DNA of 64,000 bases from Candidatus Nanoarchaeia archaeon (GCA_035288845.1 DATDZB010000009.1:8814-72813), one strand, 5' to 3'; numbered from the stretch's first letter, positions 46,355 through 54,299 are shown. Translations and numbers: made by a program. The notes: generated by a model not told the origin, from the letters alone.

Positions 46355-48156
46355 TAAAATTTCCTCCCTAAGATTAATTTTGGATAAACACCCAGTGATT
46401 TAAGTTCATCTAACAATAATTTGAAAGCATAACTCATTTCAACAGCACTTATTTTTACATTGCTTCCACATTTAGTACAATATTCTATTCTCTTGAAACT
46501 ATCATATACGCCAAGCATACCACAGTTTTCACAAACAAATACTAAAGTTTTATCTGAATCAAATCTTTCTTTTAATAATAAACTAGCACCATGTGCAACA
46601 AAGCAGTCTTTCTCCATCTCTCCAACTCTTAATCCTCCGCCTTGTGATCTTCCTTCAATTGGTTGTCTAGTTAATAATTGGATTTTACCTGTAGCTCTCG
46701 CATGTAATTTATTTGCAACCATGTATTTTAATTTCAAGTAGTACATATCTCCAACATAAATTTTAGCAGTAAATTGTTTTCCACTAATACCATCATACAT
46801 TGTTTCCAAACCATTGTCTCTGAATCCTAATTCTCTTAACATTTTTCTTAATTCTTTTTCAGGCATTGCGTCAAATGCAGTTCCATCAATATATTTTCCA
46901 GCTAAAGCACCAGCTTTTCCAGCTATAATTTCAATCAAGTGCGAAATTGTCATTCTTGATGGAATACCATGTGGGTTGAATAAAACATCTGGAATAATTC
47001 CATTTGCACTAAATGGCATATCAGCATAAGGAACTAAATAACTAATAACTCCTTTCTGTCCATGTCTACTTGCAAATTTATCTCCAACTTCTGGAATTCT
47101 TTGTTCTCTTAATCTCATTTGAATTAATCTATTTCCTTCTTCACTTTCAGTAATGATTGACATATCTACAATTCCTCTATCTCTATGACTTAAAGAAATT
47201 GAACTTTCTCTTTTAACATTTGTAGCAATATTAAATTCTTCAAATTCACCTAAGAATCTTGGAGGACTAACTCTTCCAATAATTACATCATCACCTTGAA
47301 CTTTAGCACCAGTATAAACAACACCGTCTTCTTCTAATAACCTATAATCTTTTTCACTTCTATAACCTTTAACTTCTTTATCAGGCAAACAAATTTCATC
47401 TACTAAACCGCCTTGATATCTTAATTCTTCAGCAGAAAATGGTTTAAAATAAGTTGATCTTGCAAATCCTCTATCAACACTCGCTTTACTTACAATTAAT
47501 GCATCTTCCATATTATAACCTTCAAAACTCATTAAAGCAATAACAACATTTTGTCCAGAAGGATGTTTTTCCCAACCATAAATATCATGCATAAATGTTT
47601 TTGTAATTGGTTTTTGCGGATAATGTAAAATATTTACATCTGTATCCATTCTTAATAAATAATTACTAGCATAAAGTCCTAGAGACTGTTTCTGAATTTT
47701 ACTACCTCTAATTAATCTTGAACTACCACCAAAATTAGAATAAGGAATTAATGAAGTACATAATCCTAAGATTACAACAGGTGAAATTTCTAAATGTGTA
47801 TGCTCTTTTGTTAAACTTTTTTCATCTAATGAAACGTAGCAATCTTCTTCTTCTGCAGCATCAACATATTCTATGATTCCATCTTTAACAAGTTTGTCCC
47901 ACTTAATTATTCCATCTTTTATTTCTTCAACATGTTTTTCAGTTAATTTTGGTTTACTGCCTTCAACAACAATTAAAGGTCTTCTAGTTCTTCCTTTAGT
48001 TGTATCTAAAAATATTTCATCGTAATCTTCATCAAAATGGAAATTTAATTCAGAAGATAAAATTCCTTTTCTTCTTTCACTTCTCATTTGTTTAATGAAT
48101 TCTTTAGCATTTTCTACAGTTCCAATAAATCTTTCATTCAAAAATACATCAGTCAT
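46354..48156 (-). CDS. rpoB1: DNA-directed RNA polymerase subunit B' (C-terminal part of B)
   Basis: 'GDKFASRHGQKG', 'GGLRVGEMEKD' and the C-terminal Zn ribbon 'CENCG...CTKCG'. Confidence 0.97.
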   Translation of the reverse strand: MTDVFLNERFIGTVENAKEFIKQMRSERRKGILSSELNFHFDEDYDEIFLDTTKGRTRRPLIVVEGSKPKLTEKHVEEIKDGIIKWDKLVKDGIIEYVDAAEEEDCYVSLDEKSLTKEHTHLEISPVVILGLCTSLIPYSNFGGSSRLIRGSKIQKQSLGLYASNYLLRMDTDVNILHYPQKPITKTFMHDIYGWEKHPSGQNVVIALMSFEGYNMEDALIVSKASVDRGFARSTYFKPFSAEELRYQGGLVDEICLPDKEVKGYRSEKDYRLLEEDGVVYTGAKVQGDDVIIGRVSPPRFLGEFEEFNIATNVKRESSISLSHRDRGIVDMSIITESEEGNRLIQMRLREQRIPEVGDKFASRHGQKGVISYLVPYADMPFSANGIIPDVLFNPHGIPSRMTISHLIEIIAGKAGALAGKYIDGTAFDAMPEKELRKMLRELGFRDNGLETMYDGISGKQFTAKIYVGDMYYLKLKYMVANKLHARATGKIQLLTRQPIEGRSQGGGLRVGEMEKDCFVAHGASLLLKERFDSDKTLVFVCENCGMLGVYDSFKRIEYCTKCGSNVKISAVEMSYAFKLLLDELKSLGVYPKLILGRKF

Positions 48157-48157
48157 C

Positions 48158-49648
48158 TTAAGCTACTCCCTTCATTCCTAAACTTTCTAATGATTTTTTT
48201 AATTTATCTTCTTGAACATTTCCCATTGAAATACTAGCTAATATTGCAAGATTTTTTCTTAAACCAATTGGAGTTCCTTCTGGAGTTTCAATTGGACATA
48301 ATCTTCCCCAGTGTGTAGGATGTAATGCTCTTGCTTCAAAATTTTCTTGTGTGCTTGTTAATAATGAAGCAACTCTTTGTAGATGCGAGTATGTAGCAAG
48401 TGTATTTGCTCTATCAATATTCTGACTAATACCTTTTCTTCCGCCTGTCCAAGTACCCGTAGCTAAAGCACTTTTAATATTTGAACTTAATAATTCATCT
48501 CTAATAATTATTTTTATACTTTGGAATTTTCCCCTCTTAACTAATCTTTGGAAATTATATAAAATATCTTGAACTAAAGTTCTTAAATTTACTCTCATTA
48601 AATCTTCTAATAAATCTCCGCTTAATTTTAATCTTTTATTCATATAATGATCTTTGTCTGGTAATGGCATTCCTTCTTCGCTAACTTGTAAAAATCTTTT
48701 TGCCATCTTACATAAGTTATAAGCTTTAGACATTCTATTTGAAGATTCAGTTCCTAAATGTGGAAGTAAATATTTATCTAATTGTTCTCTGCCTCTTTCT
48801 AATTTAATTTCTTTAGCTTGTGTAACTCCAATTTTTTTAGCTAAATATTCTAATGCATCTTCTTCTGTTTTCAATTCAGCTGCATCATATAAATTAATGA
48901 AAATTGAATCATAAACTTTTTCTCCGCATATCATCTTAACGATTTCTTGATCTTTAACCATTCCTAATCCCTTTAATACTGGAACTAAAGGAACTCTTCT
49001 AAATCTTGTAAATGTTAAATAAAATAAACCATCTTTCATTTGTTCCAATGTATGTGGTATTCTATAACTTCCCATTTCAGAAAATACTTTAGCTACATAT
49101 TCACTAGGACCAATTTCTTTATTTTCTATAAAAAATCTATTTGAAGCTAAATCTTCAACAGTAATCATTACTCTTTCATTTCCATTAATAATAAAATAAC
49201 CGCCAACTTCATCTGGATCTTCACCTTTGGAAATTAATTCATCTTTTTTTAATCCATTTAAATGACAATATTTAGATTTAAGCATAATTGGTATTTTACC
49301 AATCATAGTAGTAAAACTTTCTCTTTGAACTTCATCTACATAAGCACTAACTTCTAGATATATTGGAGCAGCATAAGTTAAAGCTCTTAATCTTGCTTCA
49401 CTAGGATAAACTTCTCTTTTACTTCCATCTGCTTCTATAATATTTGGTTTTTCTATCCAAATTTTTTTAAGTTTAATAACAAAACTTTCTACTTCTTGAG
49501 GAATAATTGTTGGACTAATATCACCAACTTCATCAACTAATAATTGTAACCTTCTTTCAATAAAATCATTAAAGCTTTGAATATTTGCTTCTACAAAAGG
49601 ATAATCTTTAAAATAACTTTGAATTAAATCTTGATAATTTTTAACCAT
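48158..49648 (-). CDS. rpoB2: DNA-directed RNA polymerase subunit B'' (N-terminal part of B)
   Basis: 'GGYFIINGNERV' and 'HPTHWGRLCPIETPEG'. Confidence 0.97.
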   Translation of the reverse strand: MVKNYQDLIQSYFKDYPFVEANIQSFNDFIERRLQLLVDEVGDISPTIIPQEVESFVIKLKKIWIEKPNIIEADGSKREVYPSEARLRALTYAAPIYLEVSAYVDEVQRESFTTMIGKIPIMLKSKYCHLNGLKKDELISKGEDPDEVGGYFIINGNERVMITVEDLASNRFFIENKEIGPSEYVAKVFSEMGSYRIPHTLEQMKDGLFYLTFTRFRRVPLVPVLKGLGMVKDQEIVKMICGEKVYDSIFINLYDAAELKTEEDALEYLAKKIGVTQAKEIKLERGREQLDKYLLPHLGTESSNRMSKAYNLCKMAKRFLQVSEEGMPLPDKDHYMNKRLKLSGDLLEDLMRVNLRTLVQDILYNFQRLVKRGKFQSIKIIIRDELLSSNIKSALATGTWTGGRKGISQNIDRANTLATYSHLQRVASLLTSTQENFEARALHPTHWGRLCPIETPEGTPIGLRKNLAILASISMGNVQEDKLKKSLESLGMKGVA

Positions 49649-49883
49649 CTACAACCACCCTGTAATAACTGGCTTCTCTTGTAATGTGGCTTCTTCTTTT
49701 AATTAAAATAATATCTCCAATTTTAACACTCATTGTAACTAAAGCAGGATCACTAATAGGAATCATTGGTAATTGTTTAGAAATCAAATTATGATTAGCA
49801 AGAAGTTTTTGTTTTTCTTCATCACTAATTTTAATATGTTCCGGAACCAAAAAATGTTTAATTTGTTTTGTCTCTTCACTCAT
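49641..49883 (-). CDS. rpoH: DNA-directed RNA polymerase subunit H
   Basis: Start moved to the ATG at 49883 ('MSEETKQIKHFLVPEH...'). The longer track ORF would overlap tRNA-Lys. 'QLPMIPISDPA' and 'GDIILIKRRSHITREASYYRVVV'. Confidence 0.9.
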   Translation of the reverse strand: MSEETKQIKHFLVPEHIKISDEEKQKLLANHNLISKQLPMIPISDPALVTMSVKIGDIILIKRRSHITREASYYRVVVDG

Positions 49884-49910
49884 TTTATGTGTTTCACCTT
49901 TGATCTTGAA

Positions 49911-50069
49911 TGGGCTGGATGGGAAATACACAGATTAAGTAAAACCTATATCTGTTTTGAACCCACGACCACCTGCTGTCCTCAACTTGTGTAAAAGGTT
50001 CACCAATCACTTTTGAAAAATTTTCTCAAAAGTTTATTCAGGTGCTCTACCAAGCTGAGCTACCAGCCC
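49911..50069 (-). tRNA. tRNA-Lys(UUU) with three introns (30/31, 37/38, 59/60)
   Basis: Hand fold: acceptor GGGCTGG/CCAGCCC, D arm GCTC-AGCTTGGTA-GAGC, anticodon arm CCTG|C-CTTTTA|A-GCAGG, T arm GTGGG-TTCAAA|T-CCCAT. Introns at 49999..50038 (40 nt), 49978..49991 (14 nt) and 49925..49955 (31 nt). Each junction falls in a 3-nt bulge flanking a 4-bp helix. Mature length 74 nt. Confidence 0.8.
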
Positions 50070-50288
50070 TTTCTTAGCATAATACTATCTAATAGCAAGT
50101 TTAAACCTATGAAAAGTTATATATCTGGCTGTTAGAAAGTATCATAAATTCAGAAACATCGATCCCCTATATAAAACTTGCGCTTTCTACTTATATTTAA
50201 GTTTTTATCTTCCATAGAAAATAATATCATAATAAATTAAATCTAAAATTTAATTAAACTTAAAAATTTTTGCTTATAAGAAAATAAT

Positions 50289-50690
50289 ATGGTAATTAAT
50301 ACTTATTATACAGAAGAACAAGAAAAGAAAATATTAGAGATGTATAAAGAAACTTCTGGAAATGCAGCTGAAGCAGTTAGAATTCTTAAGTCTGAATATG
50401 AAATTGAAGTTTCTAATAATACAATTTGTAGAAGATGGAAAGATGTTGGTTATGAAATATTAGGTAGAGGAACAGGACAAAGGACAGATAAGATATATTA
50501 TGCAGATGAAGCTGAAAAAGAAAGAATTGTAGCAGCTTATAATAGATATGGGGGAGTTCCAAGTATAGCAGCAAAATCAATTAATAAATCACCTACACAT
50601 ATAGCAGATATTTGGAAAGATGCAGGATTAGAAATAATAGATGTAAGAACAGGTCAACCATTAAAAACAATTGATAGAAAAGTAAGATAA
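50289..50690 (+). CDS. hypothetical protein with two tandem HTH-like repeats
   Basis: Internal duplication: 'EEQEKKILEMYKETSGNAAEAVRILK...ICRRWKDVGYEI' versus 'EAEKERIVAAYNRYGGVPSIAAKSIN...IADIWKDAGLEI'. Confidence 0.5.
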   Translation: MVINTYYTEEQEKKILEMYKETSGNAAEAVRILKSEYEIEVSNNTICRRWKDVGYEILGRGTGQRTDKIYYADEAEKERIVAAYNRYGGVPSIAAKSINKSPTHIADIWKDAGLEIIDVRTGQPLKTIDRKVR

Positions 50691-50958
50691 TAAATTCAAA
50701 ATAAGTATTAATTTTTAATGTTGTTAATTCAAAAGAAAAAATAGGAACATTAGAAATAGAAAGAGAACCAAAAAGTGAAGTAACTATTTGGGAAGGAAAA
50801 TATAAAGGAAATTATGAATTACAACTTGCAACTAAATCAGTAGAAACAAAAAATCAAAATAGAATTGCTAAACTTATAGAACAAACAAAAAGATTCAATT
50901 TCAAAGAAAATTTCTTTACAAATTTAATTAAAAAAATATTTAGTTAGAAACTAAGCAC

Positions 50959-52095
50959 CTAACCTTCTCTTAAAAGATTTCCAAACTGCCTTGTAAAAGA
51001 AAATCTAGATAGATATTCAGGAGAACTCCCCCCAGTTTGTAAAGTACCATAATGATTAACAAGTGTACCTAATGCTTGCATACCTTTTAATGAAAGACCT
51101 TGTAAAGTATAACTTTTTTTAAAACCATCTCTCACTTCATTCTCTAACGAAACAAAACCATCTTCTACCTTAATTCCTAATGTTTCAAATCCGAGACGAA
51201 CATCTGCCCTCATCAAATTAAGAATATCAACAGCTTCACCAGCATACTTACTTATCTCTTCCGCAGATTCAACCAATCTAGAAAATTGAGCATCTCTTTC
51301 AATCTCACTAATTTTTCCGCCTAAAAAACCTTGATAAGTTCTTATAAGATCCACTGTTTGAGTTAAAACAGCATAAGCATTTGTCTGAGAAACAGAAGTT
51401 GGAGCTCCATGACCTAAAAGATTTTCAGCATACTTTTCAAGCAAGGAATCCATAGCATCAAGCTGCTTTTCTTCAAAAGGATGGACATTTATTCTTAAAG
51501 AAGATGATCTAATCAAATCATATAAACGAGCTAAATGACTCTGAGCAATTATAGCAGCCTCTTTTGGATATCTAGATTTATTCTCAATAAGTTTCCCTAC
51601 TAAACCATCAATTCTTTTAACAAAAAAGGATATAGATGTATCTTCAATTGGTGCTCTAATCTCTTTCCAATATTTTTCAGCAGCAATTCTTTTATTATCT
51701 TCATGCGTCTTTCTCATTTTTTCATTAGTCCACCAGTTTGGATCATAAACTTTATTTGGAAAAGTATCACAAGTTTCAGGAGCTTCGTACTCTGCATCAT
51801 CAAGAATATTAATTATCATTTTTCCCCTTTGTAACAAGAATTCTCCAGCTCTATGTTCTGCAACATAAGCTAAACCTAACACTGTACTTTTCCGTTCATC
51901 TGAAACAAGTGTTACTCCTCTTTTGGCTAAAGAATCAAGAAGATCCAAGATTTCTGAAGAATTCTGTAAAAGCACTTCTGCAGATTCCCCATTTAATATT
52001 GCAACTACTTGAGAATCTAAAGAAGACAAATCTTTTTCTCGTTCTTTACCACCAAGATATCTAAGTAAAATTTCTTTATCCATACAACACACCAT
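50959..52095 (-). CDS. hypothetical protein (378 aa, non-host-like composition)
   Basis: Long ORF. The start is ATG at 52095 or the ATG five codons in. No recognisable family. Confidence 0.55.
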   Translation of the reverse strand: MVCCMDKEILLRYLGGKEREKDLSSLDSQVVAILNGESAEVLLQNSSEILDLLDSLAKRGVTLVSDERKSTVLGLAYVAEHRAGEFLLQRGKMIINILDDAEYEAPETCDTFPNKVYDPNWWTNEKMRKTHEDNKRIAAEKYWKEIRAPIEDTSISFFVKRIDGLVGKLIENKSRYPKEAAIIAQSHLARLYDLIRSSSLRINVHPFEEKQLDAMDSLLEKYAENLLGHGAPTSVSQTNAYAVLTQTVDLIRTYQGFLGGKISEIERDAQFSRLVESAEEISKYAGEAVDILNLMRADVRLGFETLGIKVEDGFVSLENEVRDGFKKSYTLQGLSLKGMQALGTLVNHYGTLQTGGSSPEYLSRFSFTRQFGNLLREG

Positions 52096-52143
52096 ATAAA
52101 AAAATTTATTAAAGTGTCTAAAAATTCTCTAAATAAAATTGTA

Positions 52144-52290
52144 GAAATATAAACGCCCTGGCCGAGATTTGAACTCGGGTTAGGACCTTTCTTTAAACCT
52201 TTTGATGAAAATTTTTCAAAAAGTTTCCGACAGGGTCCTGTGCTAACCACTACACTACCATTGCCATTAATCCGAAGACTAATAAAGGCA
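52144..52290 (-). tRNA. tRNA-Asp(GUC) with two introns (acceptor/D region and 37/38)
   Basis: 3' half: GGTCC-TAAC-CCGAG-TTCAAAT-CTCGG-CCAGGGC-G. Anticodon arm GGACC-CTGTCG|A-GGTCC, with an intron at 52179..52217. The 5' acceptor GCCTTGG is either contiguous at 52290..52284, or (favoured by the BHB) assembled from GCCTT at 52279..52275 plus GG after a 25-nt intron at 52250..52274. Confidence 0.75.
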
Positions 52291-52310
52291 GTACCAAGGC
52301 TTATGATGAG

Positions 52311-52320
52311 CAACGAGGTT
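52311..52320 (-). promoter_or_regulatory. candidate TATA box for tRNA-Asp precursor
   Basis: 'TTTATAAATA' lies about 21-30 nt upstream of 52290, overlapping the LAGLIDADG stop codon. Confidence 0.3.
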
Positions 52321-53021
52321 TATTTATAAAACTTTTTATTCAATAAATCCAATCTTTGGGAATAAGACATCTTAGGAGGATAATAACCTATTTTTCTCCA
52401 AATCTCAATCTTCGTAGTATGTTTTGGATTACTAAAACCAATATGTTTCAACCATATATTTAGGTTGTCTTTACCACAAATATCTATCTGATATTCAATA
52501 TATAATTTACCATTGAAAGTTTTTTTAACTTTATAAATAGAAGAAGTTATACTAAATTTAGTTAAATATTTTTTTAGTTGATAAACAAAATTCATATTAG
52601 AAAATGATGCAGTAATAACAGGATAAGAATGGTATTTTCTACTTTTCTTTTTAAAAGTTACACTAAAATCAGTATCTGCAACTCCTTTTAAAAATTTAGA
52701 TATAAACTTAGAATTTTTATTTATAAAATCAGGTATTATCATAACTTTAGGACCACTAGGTAAGCCTAGTGAATTAAGTTTTCTTACAATATATTTAGAA
52801 TAAGTAGCAAGTGCTATTGCTTTTTTATTCTTATGGTACCATAAAGATAAGTTAATATTAAATTTATTATAAAACAAAGGCTTAACGTAATTAGTCAAAT
52901 ATTCAAAGTCTTCATGTTTATGGCCTGTAATAACAACCCTATATGTGCCATTATTTTCATAAATATTTCCATCTCCTAAAATTATACCAATTAACTCAGC
53001 AAAATTAGCATCACAAAACAT
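52320..53021 (-). CDS. free-standing LAGLIDADG homing endonuclease (two-motif, monomeric type)
   Basis: 'FAELIGIILGDGNIY' and 'FLKGVADTDFS' are spaced about 100 aa apart. Confidence 0.85.
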   Translation of the reverse strand: MFCDANFAELIGIILGDGNIYENNGTYRVVITGHKHEDFEYLTNYVKPLFYNKFNINLSLWYHKNKKAIALATYSKYIVRKLNSLGLPSGPKVMIIPDFINKNSKFISKFLKGVADTDFSVTFKKKSRKYHSYPVITASFSNMNFVYQLKKYLTKFSITSSIYKVKKTFNGKLYIEYQIDICGKDNLNIWLKHIGFSNPKHTTKIEIWRKIGYYPPKMSYSQRLDLLNKKFYK

Positions 53022-53133
53022 AATAGATAATTGTTAAATAAGTTTAAATAATTTAACAAAAACAAATTGAAATATTTTCATAAATTAATAAATTATTTAA
53101 ATTAGATAGTTAATAAATATCTAGAGGTGAAAA

Positions 53134-53199
53134 ATGCCAGCAAAGAAAAAAACTAAAACAAAAAAATCTTCTAAGAAAAACGTTTGTGAATTTTGTTAA
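53134..53199 (+). CDS. candidate 21-aa basic micro-ORF
   Basis: Not in the track. GAGGTGA lies 4 nt upstream of ATG; the product is MPAKKKTKTKKSSKKNVCEFC. Confidence 0.25.
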   Translation: MPAKKKTKTKKSSKKNVCEFC

Positions 53200-53220
53200 A
53201 GAATTTTTAAATAAATTATA

Positions 53221-53351
53221 TCCCTGCTGCCAGATTCGAACCAGCAACCTCACGGGATCAGCTGTCTGTTTTTCATTTCCAGCAATTAAAGCATTAGATC
53301 AAACAGTGAATTAATCTACAGCCGTGTGCTCTACCATTGAGCTAAGCAGGG
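53221..53351 (-). tRNA. tRNA-Tyr(GUA) with one roughly 59-nt anticodon-loop intron
   Basis: Acceptor CCCTGCT/AGCAGGG (C1-G72, the archaeal/eukaryal Tyr identity pair), anticodon arm CACGG-CTGTAG...-CCGTG, T arm GCTGG-TTCGAAT-CTGGC. The exact junction (37/38 or 38/39) is not resolved by hand. Confidence 0.8.
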
Positions 53352-53374
53352 TTATAGAAAAATTAAAAGTCTAG

Positions 53375-53385
53375 TTATTTTTAAA
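53375..53385 (-). promoter_or_regulatory. candidate TATA box for tRNA-Tyr
   Basis: 'TTTAAAAATAA' lies about 24-34 nt upstream of tRNA position 1. Confidence 0.3.
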
Positions 53386-53426
53386 TCTAGTGGTTAAAGA
53401 AAATTATAAGAATTTATTAAGAAAAA

Positions 53427-54299
53427 TTAAAATGCTTTAACATTGTATAAAGCATCAGCACTAGTTGATGTTCTACCACTTTGATCTCTAGTTTCTAATC
53501 TAGCTCTTTGTGTTCCTAATGAATTGAAAGTTGGTGTAACACCACACCCATCAGTATTAACCATACCAGGATAGTTTGTATCAAAAAATATTGATAAACG
53601 ATGACCGCTTGGAATATATACACCAGTTCCATTACCTTCGTGTCCTCTTAAAGGTATATGACCTCTCATTGCTAATCTAGCGTCAGTAGAAGTACAAGTT
53701 AAATTGTATCCTCTTCTAGTTCCATAAATAACATCTTGATTAGGTCCTAAACCTCTTCCTATTCTAGCTATAGTTGAAGTAGGAACTCTAAATCCACCAT
53801 CTATTGAAAAAGGACCAGCATCTCCGCCATCTCCAAATCCGCCATCAACAGGTGTAAAACCTGCATCAAATAAAGCATCAGATAATCCACTACCAGAATC
53901 TAAAGAACCAGCATCTATAGGATTTCCCATATCATCAAAACCAGCATCAATACTATTTACAACAGCATCTAAAACACTTCCAGAATCTAAAATTTCAGAA
54001 CCATCGTTTGTTGTACTTGCATCAGCAGTAGCATCTCTATAAACTCCAGGTAAATCTGGCTCTTGTCCGCAATCACAAGCACTAAGTGCAAGTAAAGAAC
54101 CTAATAAAACAGATGAACCATAAGCTCTTTCAGCTGAATTTATTCTAGAATTACTAGTTAATGCATTTAATGTAGGTCTATTGAATCCTCTTCTAGATCT
54201 TCTGTTTCCATTTACTAGATTACTAGAAACTGTACTTCTATATTGGCTAAGTTCTCTACGAGTTTGATAAGATAAATCTGTAATATTTTTGTTTGACAT
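53427..54299 (-). CDS. putative lipoprotein/surface protein with D-[AS]-G linker
   Basis: Arg-rich N-terminus, hydrophobic segment ending in the lipobox-like 'LLALSAC', then 'LDSGSVLDAV...IDAGFDD...IDAGSLDSGSGLSDALFDAGF...DGGFGDGGDAG'. Only about 2 Lys in 290 aa. Confidence 0.6.
   Translation of the reverse strand: MSNKNITDLSYQTRRELSQYRSTVSSNLVNGNRRSRRGFNRPTLNALTSNSRINSAERAYGSSVLLGSLLALSACDCGQEPDLPGVYRDATADASTTNDGSEILDSGSVLDAVVNSIDAGFDDMGNPIDAGSLDSGSGLSDALFDAGFTPVDGGFGDGGDAGPFSIDGGFRVPTSTIARIGRGLGPNQDVIYGTRRGYNLTCTSTDARLAMRGHIPLRGHEGNGTGVYIPSGHRLSIFFDTNYPGMVNTDGCGVTPTFNSLGTQRARLETRDQSGRTSTSADALYNVKAF

Noticed and set aside
42459-47029. Plus-strand ORFs inside the RNAP genes (42459..42686, 42733..42951, 43587..43772, 44571..44801, 46460..46741, 46814..47029).
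   Set aside because: They lie antisense to unambiguous rpoA'/A''/B'/L30e coding sequence, are hydrophobic and low-complexity, and show no motifs.
42648-49648. Split rpoB (B''/B') and rpoA (A'/A'') genes considered as a possible anomaly.
   Set aside because: A'/A'' splitting is universal in archaea and B''/B' splitting is common in several lineages. The junctions are the standard ones.
49884-49931. Longer rpoH ORF from the track (start at 49931, MYFPSSPFKIKGETHK...).
   Set aside because: The extension overlaps the 3' end of tRNA-Lys (49911..50069) on the same strand. The conserved RpoH sequence begins at the internal ATG at 49883.
50720-50947. Open frame of about 75 codons (…VVNSKEKIGTLEIEREPKSEVTIWEGKYKGNYELQLATKS…FS*) downstream of 50289..50690.
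   Set aside because: There is no ATG/GTG/TTG start between the upstream in-frame stop and the body of the frame. It may be a pseudogene remnant or use a rare start. It is not called as a CDS but is mentioned in the island finding.
52017-52313. 98-aa minus-strand ORF from the track.
   Set aside because: It is almost entirely superimposed on tRNA-Asp and its leader and overlaps the N-terminus of 50959..52095. It is a tRNA-derived open frame.
12040-53385. TATA-like boxes upstream of many genes.
   Set aside because: In DNA this AT-rich, TATA-like strings occur everywhere. Only the four at the expected -24 to -34 distance from tRNA 5' ends are listed, and those with low confidence.
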